A stretch of DNA of 38,666 nucleotides from Intoshia linei. Its lineage: Eukaryota > Animalia > Orthonectida. Shown one piece after another: positions 1-13,297 of this stretch. The notes under the pieces were generated by a model that saw only the letters and a list, made by a program, of their open reading frames with translations, searched no databases and had not been told where the DNA came from. The translations under genes and the position numbers were made by a program. The stretch spans positions 1 to 38,666 of the forward strand of contig LWCA01000225.1 of assembly GCA_001642005.1 (NCBI GenBank). The letters run 5' to 3'. Within the stretch, counting starts at the first letter, position 1. Each line of letters opens with the position of its first letter.

Positions 1-144
1 ATGATAAACATTGTGGAATATATTTTAAATTCAATAATTACCAGAACTTTGATTCTTTTCTATTTTATTTCTAGCTATTTGAATTCCCACACTTCAAAAC
101 TTATAAACTGATACTTAAGATATAAATATGAAGTATTTTTTAAT

Positions 145-259
145 AAATTTGGGCCTTTTTTTAAGATATAAAGGTAAAGTACTTTTATTAATTTGGGGCC
201 CTTTTTAATGAGGGACCCTGGGCTATAGCCCATATTGCCCATGTCTTAAAACGGCTCTG
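145..259 (-). mobile_element. Possible hAT-type MITE terminus
   Basis: GC-rich GGGCCC subterminal motifs; the - strand end reads CAGAGCCGTTTTAAG. No partner TIR was seen. Confidence 0.3.
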
Positions 260-662
260 TAGTCAATACAATGTACAATTACATTTGTTAGATACAATTG
301 TACCACTAAATTTTATTATAGCTAATTAACAATTTTAACAATGCAATTATTGAACAAAATGCCTGTATAGGTGTGTTCAGTAATGTCTACTAACTACAAT
401 ATTACAATACGTCTTTTAAATTTCTAAATTTAATTTTTTGTGCTATTTGAAGTTTATGAGTTTTTTTAGAGCAGTACGAATTTCGTACTTAAATTTTCAT
501 TGGATAGTAAATTGAAAATACTTTTTACACTTATGGAAAATGTTTTTTAAATATTTGATTTAGGTTTATTTTTAAAAAAATTGGAAAAAAATTGGAAAAT
601 AACATTTTAAAGTTTAAGCTTAAAACGATTTAATTTTAAGTACTTTAATGCGTAATATTTAG

Positions 663-3600
663 ATTGATATAAATAAAAGAAGAGAAGCAGAAGTGAGTCA
701 ATTAAAGAAACAGTTGGAGGATTATCAATTAAACTCTGAAATGCAACTAACTATAATGAAAAAGAAGAACACTGAAATGGTTCAACAATTAAACGATGAA
801 ATTGACGAATTAAGCCAATCAAAGATAAAGTAATATACATACATGTTAACTTGTATTTTTATTCATGTCAACAAATTAATGACCGGTCAAATATGAAACG
901 TTTTATTGCAAACACGATGTGGTGTTTGAAATTTGGTAACTCTCAAAAAAAAACAGAATTTTTGTATGCTAACTTATATAATATACTACGCGATTTATGT
1001 TGGTGTGTGTGTCTGTGTGTTCAGTTTTATTTAAATAACTACCCGTCTTAGAATTTTATAAAGTCTACATTTCAATTACAGTTTTTTTCGGGCGTGTTCG
1101 TAAACATAATTTCAACCTCTCAAACTCAAATCTTACGGGTCAAAAACTTTAATTGTCCATCTTTTTGAAAATCAAACGAGTTGGAGAATTTAAAAAAATA
1201 TATTTCATCATTAATGCATTTAATCGTATATTTATTATTTGGTACTAGCAACATATGCATTTTCTGTCGTAATTTACCCAGATTGTACTTAATAAAATCT
1301 TATCTTACCCTAAAATTCATAAAAAAGACATGATAGAATTTAAAATAAATTATTAAATTACATTCATATCATCATGTTTTCAAGAATATTATTAGAATAT
1401 AATGATGAAAAATTTTGATATATCACATTAAACTCATGAAACTAGAAGAAAAATGTTTATTTAAAATCTAAAGAATCAATCTTTCCCACTATATTAACAT
1501 GTTTTACTATTTTAACTATCAAAACTAATTATAAGATAAATCTCAAACATTTTCTGGGAAGATTTTGATGGTATTATCACTATGTAATAATGTTATTATC
1601 CGTATATTATGTTTTAATCGTTATTGTTAATCGTTTTATTATGTACCCTATAATTTTTATTTAATTAAATTTAAAGGTAAAATAGGATTATATTTAGAAC
1701 AATTCTGGATAACTAATCTACCAAATATCTATGAATGCATCAATGTAGGACAAACATGCATTAATTAACATATTTTTATCACATTATTCACGTTCATTGA
1801 TGAAACATGTCACCAATCATTTTCAAATGCAAAAAGTTAACTTTTTTTGAAAATTCCAAGTAGATCAACATCACAATAGAATCCTGTTTACAATAAAAAG
1901 TTTCATATTTTTCTGCTGACTTTTGTAATAGAGTTGTGCATATATTGAAAATACTGTTTTGAAGATACATGTTATTTATGTAGAATAAAAATAATAATAA
2001 TAAACTAATACAGAATTGAGCGATCAAAAGCAGATTTGACTGAAAAATTAGCATATGTACAATACGAAAATAGTGCAAATTTAAAATCTAAGGTTTATAC
2101 ATTAAATACAATAATTTATATATGTTGCATAGAATGTGTACAACTGTGAAATGTACACATTATACGGACAAGTCGTAGAATGTATTTGACTAAGAATGTG
2201 TCTTAGACGCCAATTCAGAGTTAGATACATAATTAATGCTTTGCTAACAACGAATTTACCAATTTAGTTAAATTAACAAGCTCATGTGATTTTTAAATTG
2301 ATTTGTATTTGTAAAACTTTAATTTAATTAATATCAAACCATTAAATTACGATTTTTTTTGAACCAAACTTTCAAGAGGGGTTTTTAAGATTTTTAGAAA
2401 ACAAAATAATTAGTTATCAATGAGTTCTGTGTCAAATATCGTGTTTTCAGTTATAAATTTAATATTTAATAAATTGAATTAATTATTTTTAATCTTAATT
2501 TATTCATTACTAAGGATTAATTTTAATTTTAATAATATATCCTGCCTTGTTACGTTAATCTGTACTGTATACTGTACGACTTATCCATGAGATGTGTACA
2601 TTCTACGACTTGCCCCTGGAATGTGTACATTTCACAGTTGTACACATTCTATACGACATATACATTAATAAATTAATATAAAACCTTAACTATACATGAA
2701 AAATAGAACAACTTGGAAAAGAATGTTAGGGTCTATGAAAATAAAATTAATGATTTAATGGGGCAATTAAGGGAATGTGAAGAAAGCGTGGTAGATTTGG
2801 AAGGGGTGAAACAAAAGTATACTATTGAAGCCATTGAATTAAATGAAAAAATATCCATGGTTAAGGATCATCTTGAACAGTACACACGAGAAAATAAATC
2901 AATTAAACGTCAATTGGAAGAATCCAAGTATTGTATTTTATAATCTAATCATTATTTTATAATTTATAGGCAATCATTGGAAGAAGAAATTAAAGTAATT
3001 CAATAAAAATTTTAAATTGATATTAGTAGAGCCGAACTGGCCAAGCTTGAGGCCACCCAATAATTAAAAATAGGCCCATACAAATATTTTCCCTAGATAT
3101 TTGTAGTGCCATATAGCCATAGTTACCTCTCCATGACCTGGCGTGACATCTTAAATTTCATCAACAAAATTGTTATGATATTCAAAAATATACTTTTTTT
3201 AATGTTCAATATAGAAAAATAAGACCACCATTTTAAATTTTTTAGTAAGACCCCGAAGAGTGGTATCGGTGCGGTAACTTATGTTTAGACAATATATTGT
3301 AATATCAAAGTTAATGAGACAGCAAATTGATATTTTTCAATCTCGCGTGTTTAGTGTCGAAATAAAACAAGTATGGAATGCAGAACTCTTGAAGACGAAG
3401 TAAGTCACATTAGAGAACAACTTGAAGAAGAAAATGACAAATGTAGCGAACTCAATAGACATTTATCGAGAGTACAACAAGAGGCAAATGTATGGCGTCA
3501 GAGAGCTATGGGCGCCGAACAAGCTGCAGCTTCCGATAATTTGGGAGAATCACGTTTACAATCTAAATTGGTACAAAAAGAACAGGAAGTTGATGAAATG

Positions 3601-6600
3601 AAACAAAAAGTTTTACAAGCCGAAAAAGTTAAAAAAAGATTACAAATGGAACTAGAAGACTCCATATTAGAAACTGAAAGGGTAGAATATATTTTTTATA
3701 TTTTAAAATTAATATTTGTGAATATTTTTAGAGTACGGCGGGATGTAACCAAATTGAAAGAAAAAGTAAACAGCAACATCGGATTATTGAAGAGTTGAAA
3801 AATAAAATTACCTCATTGAATGTAGAGGTTGAATCGGAAAAAAAAGCTTGCAAAGAATTAACTGGTGAATCGGTAAAAATAAAGGCTCAATTAGTAGATC
3901 TCGAAGAAACTATTGAAAAAATTAAAAGGGATGAACGTCATAAAGTTGGTAAATTATTTTTTTAATTCATTTTAATTTAAATTTCAATACATAGTAATCA
4001 CATGTATATTTATTTTTGATTTTTGATTTATTATATGTGATTAATAAATAGATGAATGTGAAAATACAAACGACTTACTAAAGTTGTCGCAACGATCTTT
4101 AATTGAAAATGAAAATGTGCGAAAGAGATTAGAAAGCGAAAAAGATGATTTGCAAAATGCTCTAGAGGAGGCAGAGGTTTCTTTAGAAAATCAGGAAATC
4201 AAAATTAGTCGACTTCATGATGAAATTATCAACCTAAAAGCCATACATGATGCCATAATTAAGGATAAAGATGAAGAATTTGATATTACAAGGTAATTTA
4301 TTTTAAATAAGTAGTTTTTGTAGAGTGTTTTAACGGTGAGGCATTACTTTTTGAAGTTAAAATTTATGATAATTTAAGTGTCGGTAAAAGTTGACTTAAC
4401 ATGTTTGTATTTTAAATTTAGGCGACTGTCAGTATTCTAAATAAATGCTTCCACACTGATACTCATTTTCAGAAAATCATACTTTATATAAATAAGGATT
4501 ACATCCTTATTTATAGCATTCCGTTAGCGGGTCACACTTAAATTTGAAAATGTACCTGATTTGAATTGGGTATTCAGAAGAGGTGAATAATTTAGTGTTG
4601 TATTTAATGGAAGGCCGCTTATTTTAAAGTAGTATTTATAAAATTATATAAAACGACACAAAATCCTTACTTACAGGTTTTCAATTCATTTCGATAAGTT
4701 TGCGATAAATTTTTATGCATTAGCAGTACATTTCATAATTCACATCACATTTAATTTAATGTCAAGTGACGGGTCAATGCTAAAAAAGCTTTGGAACCAA
4801 TCCTTGATATGGTTGATAATAGTTAATAATAACATTTCTTATTGTAAGGTTGTTATGTAACATTTTTTATTCAATTTAATTTGTAGTATAATTAAATAAA
4901 TCCGGCTCGATAGAGCAAGGTAATGTTTTTACGAAGTACACACAAATGTCAAGCTAGTTAATATAAAATATTATTAATTTTGTCTATATATTCTTTGGAA
5001 TAATTTTTCTATAATATACAAAACTTTTTACATTGGTCACAAGGCTATACGAACAGATTAATAAGCCACATATTCCCCACATCTGTTATATATTAATGTT
5101 ATATAGAGTATCGTATAGTATAGTATATATAGTATAGTAACGATATAGTCATAATAAACATGATATAACTAATATTATACACACGTCTAGACGTAATCAT
5201 CAGAAAGCTATTGAAAGCATACATACATCATTAGAAATTGAATGTAAATCGAGAAATGAAGCTTTGCGAGTTAAACGGAAATTGGAAAATGAAATCGGAG
5301 AATTGGAAGCTCGCTTAGATAGTAGTGATAGACAAAAATCAGAATTTGAGTAATTTAAAATTTTATATTCAAAAATTATATATTATAATGCTAACACTTA
5401 TTAACCTTCCAACATGCCATCGATTTTTTTGGAAGGTTGAATACTGTGCTATTTTGATAATTACCATAAAATATTATGATAATTACGCGTGTAAAAACCA
5501 CAAAATAACCCAATTTTTTTCAAGTTATGTCAAAATTAACCATAATACTTGAATTGATACAATTTTTTAAAATTTAAATGGTTAAATTTATATTTTAAAT
5601 GTGTATTTTTTAATAAATAAATTATTATATAATTAATAAATATTAAAAATCTAATATATTAATATTAACAGAAGTCAAAATAAGAGATTAATATCTGAAT
5701 TGCGAGATTTTCAATTGAATTTGGAAAATGAAAGACACAATTTAATGGAATCACATAACCAAATTGAATCATTTACAAAACGCGAATTATGTTTTAATGT
5801 AATCATTTTAAAATGATTATAATAATTTCTTTTATTAGATAAATATGGAAGAATTAAACGAAGAAATAAAAACTTTGAATCGACGAAATAAATCAAGTGA
5901 TTTTGAAATAAAGGAAATGAGTATTTATATATTATATAATAATAATGTATAATACAATTAATTTAATTTAAGAAGCTTAAAAAAATAATATTTTATACTG
6001 TTGATAATAAAATATACATATATATAATATACAATTTGAAAATTCACAAAAATGTACAGTTTAGAACTTAAACTATTCATGATTGGTCGTTACTTTACTT
6101 GTATTCCAAAATATATGTATATGAGAGTTTTCGCTGTGAGTTAATAATAAATTAAATGTAAATTTAGATGAAAGAATGATTGATTTGACAAATACAAATT
6201 CTTCGTTAAATATAACAAAAAAGAAATTAGAAAATGATCTTGTGTCTTTACAATCGGAATTGGAAGAACAAAAAGTGGAACTGAAAGAATTTGAAGATAC
6301 AAATAAAATGCTAGAAAACGAACGCTTAAATGTGCAAAATGATATGAGCAAATTGAAGGAATCTCACAATTCACTAGAAAGAACTAAACTAACCCTTCAA
6401 GGAAAATTGAATCAATTTCAATCTAAATTCGATGAATTAGAGACGAATAAATCAATTTCTATGAAAAGAGCAACCAGTAAATATGACAAAAAGGTTACTT
6501 TATTTTAATAATTTTAATATGGCTATTTTATATTGCTATATTCAATGAATATTATTCATGTATGGAATTTAACCATTTATACATGTATAAATAAAATTTT

Positions 6601-7820
6601 AACCAGTTTTCACCTAATATGTATAATACAGTAATGTGACCACTATTCACGATAATCAGGAATTAAATAGAATTTAAATGTAGGGATTAATTATGCAGGA
6701 ATTAATTGTACTATATAAATGTATTGTTGTTTCCATATTTTTATATTTACATAATACTATTAATAATTTAAATGTGGTTTTAAATCGGGCTAACATAAGG
6801 TATGTAAAAATTAATAATATTGCAGTAATTTATAACAATTTTGATTATGTTCACATATTAATATAATTATATATTAATTCCGCATGGTATGTAAATTAAA
6901 TTATGTAATGATATTAACATCAATGTGAATGTATCTGAATATATTATAATATATTAATAATTATTAATATATAAATAATAAAAAAGTTTAATAATTAAAA
7001 TTAGATCCAAGAAATTGAATTCGAATTAGATGTAGAAAGAAAAAAATCAAATGAACATGAAAGAGGGTTGAGACGCTCAGAACGTAGATTACGTGAAATT
7101 ATTTTACAAATTGAAGATGAAAGACGTGGTCAACAAGAATTACATGAAACTATTGAAAAATTACAAAATAGAATTAAAATATTAAAACACCAATTAGACG
7201 ATTCGGTATATATTTAACCAATATATCAGCTATTTTAACAATAAGTTTCTTTATTATATGACTTAATTAATTACTTATGAATTATTTAGTTACTTAATTA
7301 ATTAGATTAGATCTGAGAAAAGACGTAATTTATCAAATATATACACCTAAAATGGCATTAGTGGTCACTATACCACTTACCCTACTTTCCAATTATTAGT
7401 TAGTCTGATGTTAGAAATACACTATACATATGGTTAAGATAAGGTTAAAATGCAGCATAAAATTTAATCAAACAAAAGTTGTTAAGTTGTAATTGGCAAC
7501 ATTAAAAACATTTTAAACGATTTCATTCTATCTGGTTGTTTTATTTCATAAATTAAAATTATAATATTTAGGAAGAATTGGCATCCATAAATCTTGCAAA
7601 GTATAGAAAGGTACAACAGCAATTGGAAGAAGTGGAGGACAAGCTAGAATCCTCTGAAGGGAATTTAATTAAAATTCGTGCAAGAAATCGAACTACTGCA
7701 AATTTTCGACCATCTAGTGTAGCCAGAAAGTATTCGAATAATTTTTTAACTGAATCTAACCTCACAAGGAACAACTCCAGGGCATCATCTCCAGATTATT
7801 CACAAATAAATAAAATTTAA
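663..7820 (+). CDS. Mhc: Muscle-type myosin II heavy chain, coiled-coil rod/tail (3' part; 5' exons lie upstream of the window)
   Basis: Thirteen GT-AG exons splice into one frame: 663-829, 2014-2092, 2707-2927, 2970-2994, 3355-3681, 3732-3948, 4052-4292, 5191-5349, 5672-5798, 5839-5920, 6168-6493, 7005-7205, 7572-7820 (TAA). Myosin-tail motifs appear in the expected order: IDINKRREAEVSQLKKQLED, IREQLEEE, RKRLESEKDDLQNALEEAEVSLE, KDEEFDITRRNHQKAIESIHTSLE, LRRSERRLRE, EELASINLAKYRKVQQQLEE. The RNHQ and INLAKYRK motifs favour myosin heavy chain over paramyosin. Confidence 0.88.
967..1215 (+). mobile_element. Helitron-like family 5' fragment in myosin intron 1
   Basis: Aligns by eye with 37786-38020 (GT microsatellite, CACATTTCAATTACAGTTTTTT, AAACGAGTTGGAGAATTTAAAAAAA). 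Confidence 0.6.
2121..2660. mobile_element. MITE with about 65-bp TIRs and TA flanks, in myosin intron 2
   Basis: TATGTTGCATAGAATGTGTACAACTGTGAAATGTACACAT...CAAGTCGTAGAATGTA (2121-2184) is the reverse complement of about 2597-2660. Confidence 0.8.
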
Positions 7821-7827
7821 TTTTAAT

Positions 7828-7833
7828 AATAAA
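7828..7833 (+). promoter_or_regulatory. Putative polyadenylation signal of the myosin gene
   Basis: AATAAA just downstream of the stop codon; weak because the background is very AT-rich. Confidence 0.35.
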
Positions 7834-9039
7834 TAATAAACTATAAATAATGTTAATCTTAATCTAATTTAACCTTTAAATTTAACTAAAATTTATATAA
7901 TTAAAGAATCAATTTATACCATTGAAACCCATATTTCTGTATTTCAAATATGTAAACAGTCAATTCCAATTTTTTCAAAATTTTAGAATGAATATTTCAA
8001 TTCAAAAAGTTCAAAAATATTGGTTGTCAATAAATTTTATTAAATTTATTTACTAATATTTATTATTATTATTAAATTATTAAATTAAATTTACAATAAT
8101 TCCACCTCATACATAATCTACTTATTGCTTTACAATTTATGCTAATCAGAATAATCCTTATTTTAAATTCTAGGACCATTAATTATTTCAAATTTTTGTT
8201 TTATAATAAATGTTAATTAAATAATTTTCAAAAAAAATAAATAATAAATAGTTTTTTTAAATTTGCTTGTTAATACTTAATTTTGTGACATTCAAAAATT
8301 TTTATGTATCTTAATTGAAAAAAGCTGTATTAAATGTAATCTTTTTTAAAATTTTAAACGAAAAAATTTTTCACTTGTCCCTCCACAACATCTGGAAAAT
8401 AAAAGGTTCGGAAACACTGGTCTAACCTAAAATAAAAATCTTTATGACGGTGATGTGATAAAAAATATTGTACTCCGTGGAGCTGCAGATTTGCTGGTAT
8501 ATCTCACAAAACATTCAGAAAAAAAGAAATTTCCAAATAAATAAAAATTATAAAATATTTAAAACAATGGTAAATGATGTTTCAAATGTTGTGGTTTATT
8601 TTGATTTTATAAAGATCGACATAAATATTAAACTTGACCGTTTTTTACAATATGGATAAAAGGTAAAATTATTAATTTAACTGTAGCATATACCATATAC
8701 ATAATGTAGCTTCATTGTAAGTGACACTTTAAATGCTCACCGCGAATTTAATATTAAATATTTTTATAAAATTTAAACGGCATTCTTTAAATTAAATAAT
8801 TTTAATTGATATTCTTTATACACTTTTCAATTATTAAAAAATGACATCCTAATGGGCTGCACTGTCTGCAGCCTACGACTAGTGAATTTCAGTTGTGTAA
8901 GCAACATAATGAAATTCACAATTTCAACGGTCAAATAGCCATATTAAAATTTAATAAATTAGACATCATTTGTAATTTCTATCGAAAATTTTAACGACAC
9001 TGTCACTGAAGAGATTGTGACATCAAAAAACCATCAAAT

Positions 9040-9576
9040 GAAATTTAAAAATTGCTAAGGAATGAATTTTCACCCATATTTCTTTATTGGAAATGTGTAG
9101 ACGTTCACACTTCACTAACCGCACATTTTTTTACTTACTTACTCACTTTTTACTATTTTTCACTTATTCGGATTGAAATTTTTTGTGTGTGTTAACATAA
9201 TACAACTGTACCATTTGTAATTTTTTTAAATTCTAGGGCTGTTTTCATTAAAAACAGAAGGGTAATTTGTGGTTTTGGCCTTGAAGATATATTTTTTTTA
9301 AATTTAAATTTATAATAATGTTTATGATTTTAAAATCGGTATCAGCGTATATATTTTTATAAATTCTCCAACTCGTTTGATTTTCAAAAAGAGAAACAAT
9401 TTGGTTTTTTGACTATTAAGATGATAGTTTGGGAGGTTAAAATTTATCTTATTATACGTCCCGGAAAAAACTGTAATTGAAATGGAGACTTTATATTATT
9501 CTAAGACTGGTAGTTATTTTAATAAAGTGGAACACACACACAAACAAAAATCGCATACATATTATATAAGTTAGGA
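9040..9576 (-). mobile_element. Helitron-like family copy (intergenic)
   Basis: Reverse complement of the blocks at 37786-38200 and 38480-38600; the - strand starts A|TCCTAACTTATATAA. Confidence 0.65.
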
Positions 9577-10063
9577 TAAATTTTTTTTGCAGCCCCACCA
9601 ATTATTTTATATACTACCCGCCACTGATTAAAAGTAATTCGGCAACTATCTCCAATAAACGTTGGCGAGTCAGCACGGCTAACGTACCAAAAATTGAATT
9701 CGTTTGTTAGCCCAGCACAAGAAAAAATAAAAAATTAACAATAATAATTATAATAATAAAATAAATAAATTTATTATTTATTCCACTTAATTGACTTTAA
9801 GTGATTGTGAAAAGCCTAAAATGGTACAGATGCTTTTTTAAGCATACTAAAACCTAATTACTCTATTTTTTGGCTGTGTCTCACAGTAGTCTAAATATAG
9901 ATGAAATTGTTAGCGAAATAGACGAAAACGTTCATAATTCGGAAATTATTCAAAAAATCTAATCATCAACACCGAGACAATACACACACCATAATTTTGT
10001 ACTAGGATTATGTACCAGAATTAAATGTCAATATCAACACAAAGTGTAATGAAAAATAAAAGT

Positions 10064-13000
10064 TTATAGAACAATATCAAAACAATAATTATTTGCTTTT
10101 TGACTAATTTCATTTTGATCTTGAGTATTGACTTCTATGTCTAATTCCTTCTGTTTTTCCTTATCAGATCCATTTACAGTTTCAGCATCACTTTCAGTGT
10201 GATTATCAGTATTATTTACATTTGAATAATACAAAGGATTATTTCTGACAATAGGATTACTGTCTAAAGAAGATTGACAGGAATTTAAAAAAACTGACTG
10301 ATTAGAATTAATCATTGAATCCTTGCAAAAAAATAAATTATCATTGTTAATAATAGTAATAGGATACATACAAATGATGGGTTTAGAATAATTACTCAAT
10401 TTAATTTCAAATAAAAGATAATAACTTATATCAATAATGTTACAAAAGGCCAGACCAGACTCTGCCAAATACGCAGGTATTTGGAAATGAAAATTAGAAT
10501 TAATATTTTTTGATAAATTTGGAACTTCTGTATGATTTGCAGCAATAAAATCTTGACACAGTTCAATAAAATATTTATTTTTGCATTTCCTCGTAACCGA
10601 AGAATCAGACTCAACATTTACAGTTTTACCAAAATCAAAAACAATATTGGTATTCTTATCCAAATAAGAATTTAGAGATTCAAAAGTTCCTTTGTTATTT
10701 GATATTGTATTGTGTTTTTGATTAGCCAAAGTAGATGTACACTTTGTTCGTAATATTAAGGATATTGATAGTTCTGATATTGGTACAGTAGACTTGTTAA
10801 CGATTTCACTACAAATTTTTAAAGATTGTCCAATACTCACAATTTGACTATTGATTGTAAACGTATATTTGATTTTACCCATAAAATTTTTAAAAAAATC
10901 AAATTTCAACCTGTAAGTATTTTTAATAGTGTTTACATTTCTGAACTGTTCAAATTTTTCTAAATCTAGAGTACGGTCATATTTTTTTTTTAATTTATAT
11001 TTTTGAATGTTGGTGTTTAAATAATCAATTTTTACTTGTTTAGTGTTTTTCTTTATAAATTTTTTCATAATTTTGTTTAAATTATCTACATGTACACATC
11101 TTTCGTTGTTATAGTTGTAAGGGTTTATTTGTGAGTCTTTGATATATGTAAAATACTTTATTGATGGATTTATTTCTTGTTCAATAACACACACTTTATT
11201 ATTTATTTTGTCTTTACGAAGAACCAAGAATGGCTCGCAATTTATTATCGGGATTAAGTCACCTACAAGTAATAAACTTGCTTTAATTATATATGTTACT
11301 GATCCATTTTTTGCTATAAATGATGATGGTATATCACTTCGTGTTTTTATTGAGAATGGAACCTTGTAAATTCCTTTGTACAATTTTAAATATTCAGAAT
11401 TGGATTTTGATGGATGGGTTGAGGTACTTGAGTTTCTTTCATTTTTTTGTTTTCTTTGCATGGTTGAAAATGACCAATTTGATTCAAATATTTCTGTATC
11501 AATGGTATTCGCTTTAATGTCTTGAACGTCATTTCCTGGTTTTTCTTCATCGGTATTTGTGTCAAAAGAGAGATTCATTAAAAATGGACATTTTTCCGTA
11601 TTTGCAGATTTTTTCGAAATTGTATTATGCCCTTCAGTATCATCTGATGCAATTTTTTCATTTTCATTAGTGTGCTCTAGGTATAAAATGTAACTATTAT
11701 GATTTAAATTTCAAATTTTTAATAAGTTTAGCGAGTTAATCACTCAAATCTTTAGTAGTAAGGTAAAGTAATAAAGCCTAGATAAACCTAATTACCCTTT
11801 TTCGAAAATGAGAAAAGTCCTATAATTTTTTAAATTATGAATATTATCATTTATTGCAACCACAAAAAATTGCATTTTCATGATTAAAACCCAGATTACC
11901 TTTTCTTGAAAATGAAAAGAGTCTTAAAATTTTAAAAACAATTGTTATCCCATTTTTTTAATTTATTAGACCGAATGTGTGTATAATATTAAAAATAAAA
12001 TAAAAACAGTCAAATCCTAAAAATTGTTATAAATAGCATAAATTCCAGAAAAAATAAAATTATAAAAACCTATTTTGTCATTTTCAATGTGATGATATAT
12101 ATTCAGTACCAATTTAATAAATACTTAAAAATATCAATTATGTATCAATAATTAACGGAATCTTCACTTTATAAACATACTTCAGGCGAGTTTTACCAAT
12201 ATTGTAAAGGATTGTAATGAATATAAAAATTATAATAAAAAATTGTATTACTTTTAGTAATTCATTGTTGTTTTAATTTAAATTTTAAATAAATTGTTTT
12301 TAAAATGATAATTTAAGATTAAAAAATTGCGAAGGAATGAATTATATAAATTTTCACCCATATTTCATTATTGGAAGTGTGTAGACGTTCAATGCACATT
12401 TTTTTTTGAAATTGTAGAATCAATATTTACATTTTCAATTTTTATTTTAATCGGATTTATTTGAAAAATATTGGTTGAATATATTAAAAGTATTTTTCTC
12501 TGGGAATGCGTAGATTTCTAGGGTTGAAATTTTGTATTTATACACATATGTGACACACACAGACATTCAATTTTATATAAGTAAAGGATAATCAATTAAA
12601 ATAATGGATTCACATTAAAAATTATTAATATTATTAATTTAAAAAATTCACCCTAGGTAGAGCTAGCTGCTGTTTTATTTATGAAGAAAAAGACGTCGAA
12701 TTTTAAAATACAAAAATTTTGGGATTGTTGTTATAATCGTTAACATTATAATATGAATTGACATTTTATTTTAATTATTATAATTAATTTTCGACAAGAT
12801 TCGAGCACGGTATATTCGATCTGCGAGTAATAACGAAATTAAAAGTAAGCCAATGCGAAAAAAAGGTTATGAAATACTCATACTTTCACATATATAGATT
12901 TACAGTATGTATTAGTAAAATTAATATTTGTTAGTTATAATTACCTTTCAATTGTTTAGTCTTTAATTCACTTCTCAATACTTCAAGTAAAACCACATCA

Positions 13001-13297
13001 GTATGAGCATAATCTTCTCCATATTCGTAAAAATTTCCTAAATAACAAAATTAATATTTAATAATTAAAATCTAAATACATTGTATATTAAAAATAAAAC
13101 TTACCATTTAATTTAAATGAAGTGTAAGATTGACCCTGAATACATACGGTAAAATTGGCAACATTTAAAAAATAATTTTTTTTTAAAATATTATCAACTT
13201 GAATAGACACGAACCCATCAATATTGGTTCCAGGATGATATTTATGAAATTTATCATTGTCGTGTTCCAATTCAATTTTCAAATTAACGCTATTCAT
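10064..13297 (-). CDS. Alpha-arrestin / arrestin domain-containing protein (ARRDC/TXNIP-like), about 632 aa
   Basis: Exons 13297-13105, 13037-12945 and 11676-10064 join through phase-1 GT-AG introns into the 504-aa ORF. Arrestin_N motifs: KYHPGTNIDGFVSI and GIYKVPFSIKTRSDIPSSFIAKNGSVTYIIKASL. Arrestin_C motifs: GQSLKICSEIVNKS and IPAYLAESGLAFCNIIDISYYLLFEI...PITII. Confidence 0.8.
11790..12588 (-). mobile_element. Helitron-like family copy in arrestin intron 2
   Basis: 11930-12200 closely matches 17685-17890; 12290-12530 is the reverse complement of 38350-38610; the - strand starts A|TCCTTTACTTATATAAA. Confidence 0.65.

Noticed and set aside
851-1051. 66-aa ORF with a WCVCLCV motif
   Set aside because: Lies in myosin intron 1; the Cys-Val run is the GT microsatellite of the Helitron-like repeat.
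5711-7774. Minus-strand ORFs 5711-5896, 6073-6351, 6141-6374 and 7568-7774 (also 1794-2078)
   Set aside because: Antisense shadows of myosin exons with F/S/L-rich composition.
663-7820. Paramyosin as the identity of the coiled-coil gene
   Set aside because: RRNHQKAIESIHTSLE and ASINLAKYRK match myosin heavy chain better than the paramyosin equivalents; not fully excluded without a phylogeny.
8400-9630. Isolated hAT-like ends (GGTTCGGAAACACTG near 8410, CCCGCCACTG near 9620)
   Set aside because: No partner TIR or TSD could be identified, so no element could be delimited.
10426-11517. ORFs 10426-10617, 11139-11369 and 11320-11517
   Set aside because: Alternative-frame or antisense overlaps of the arrestin exon.
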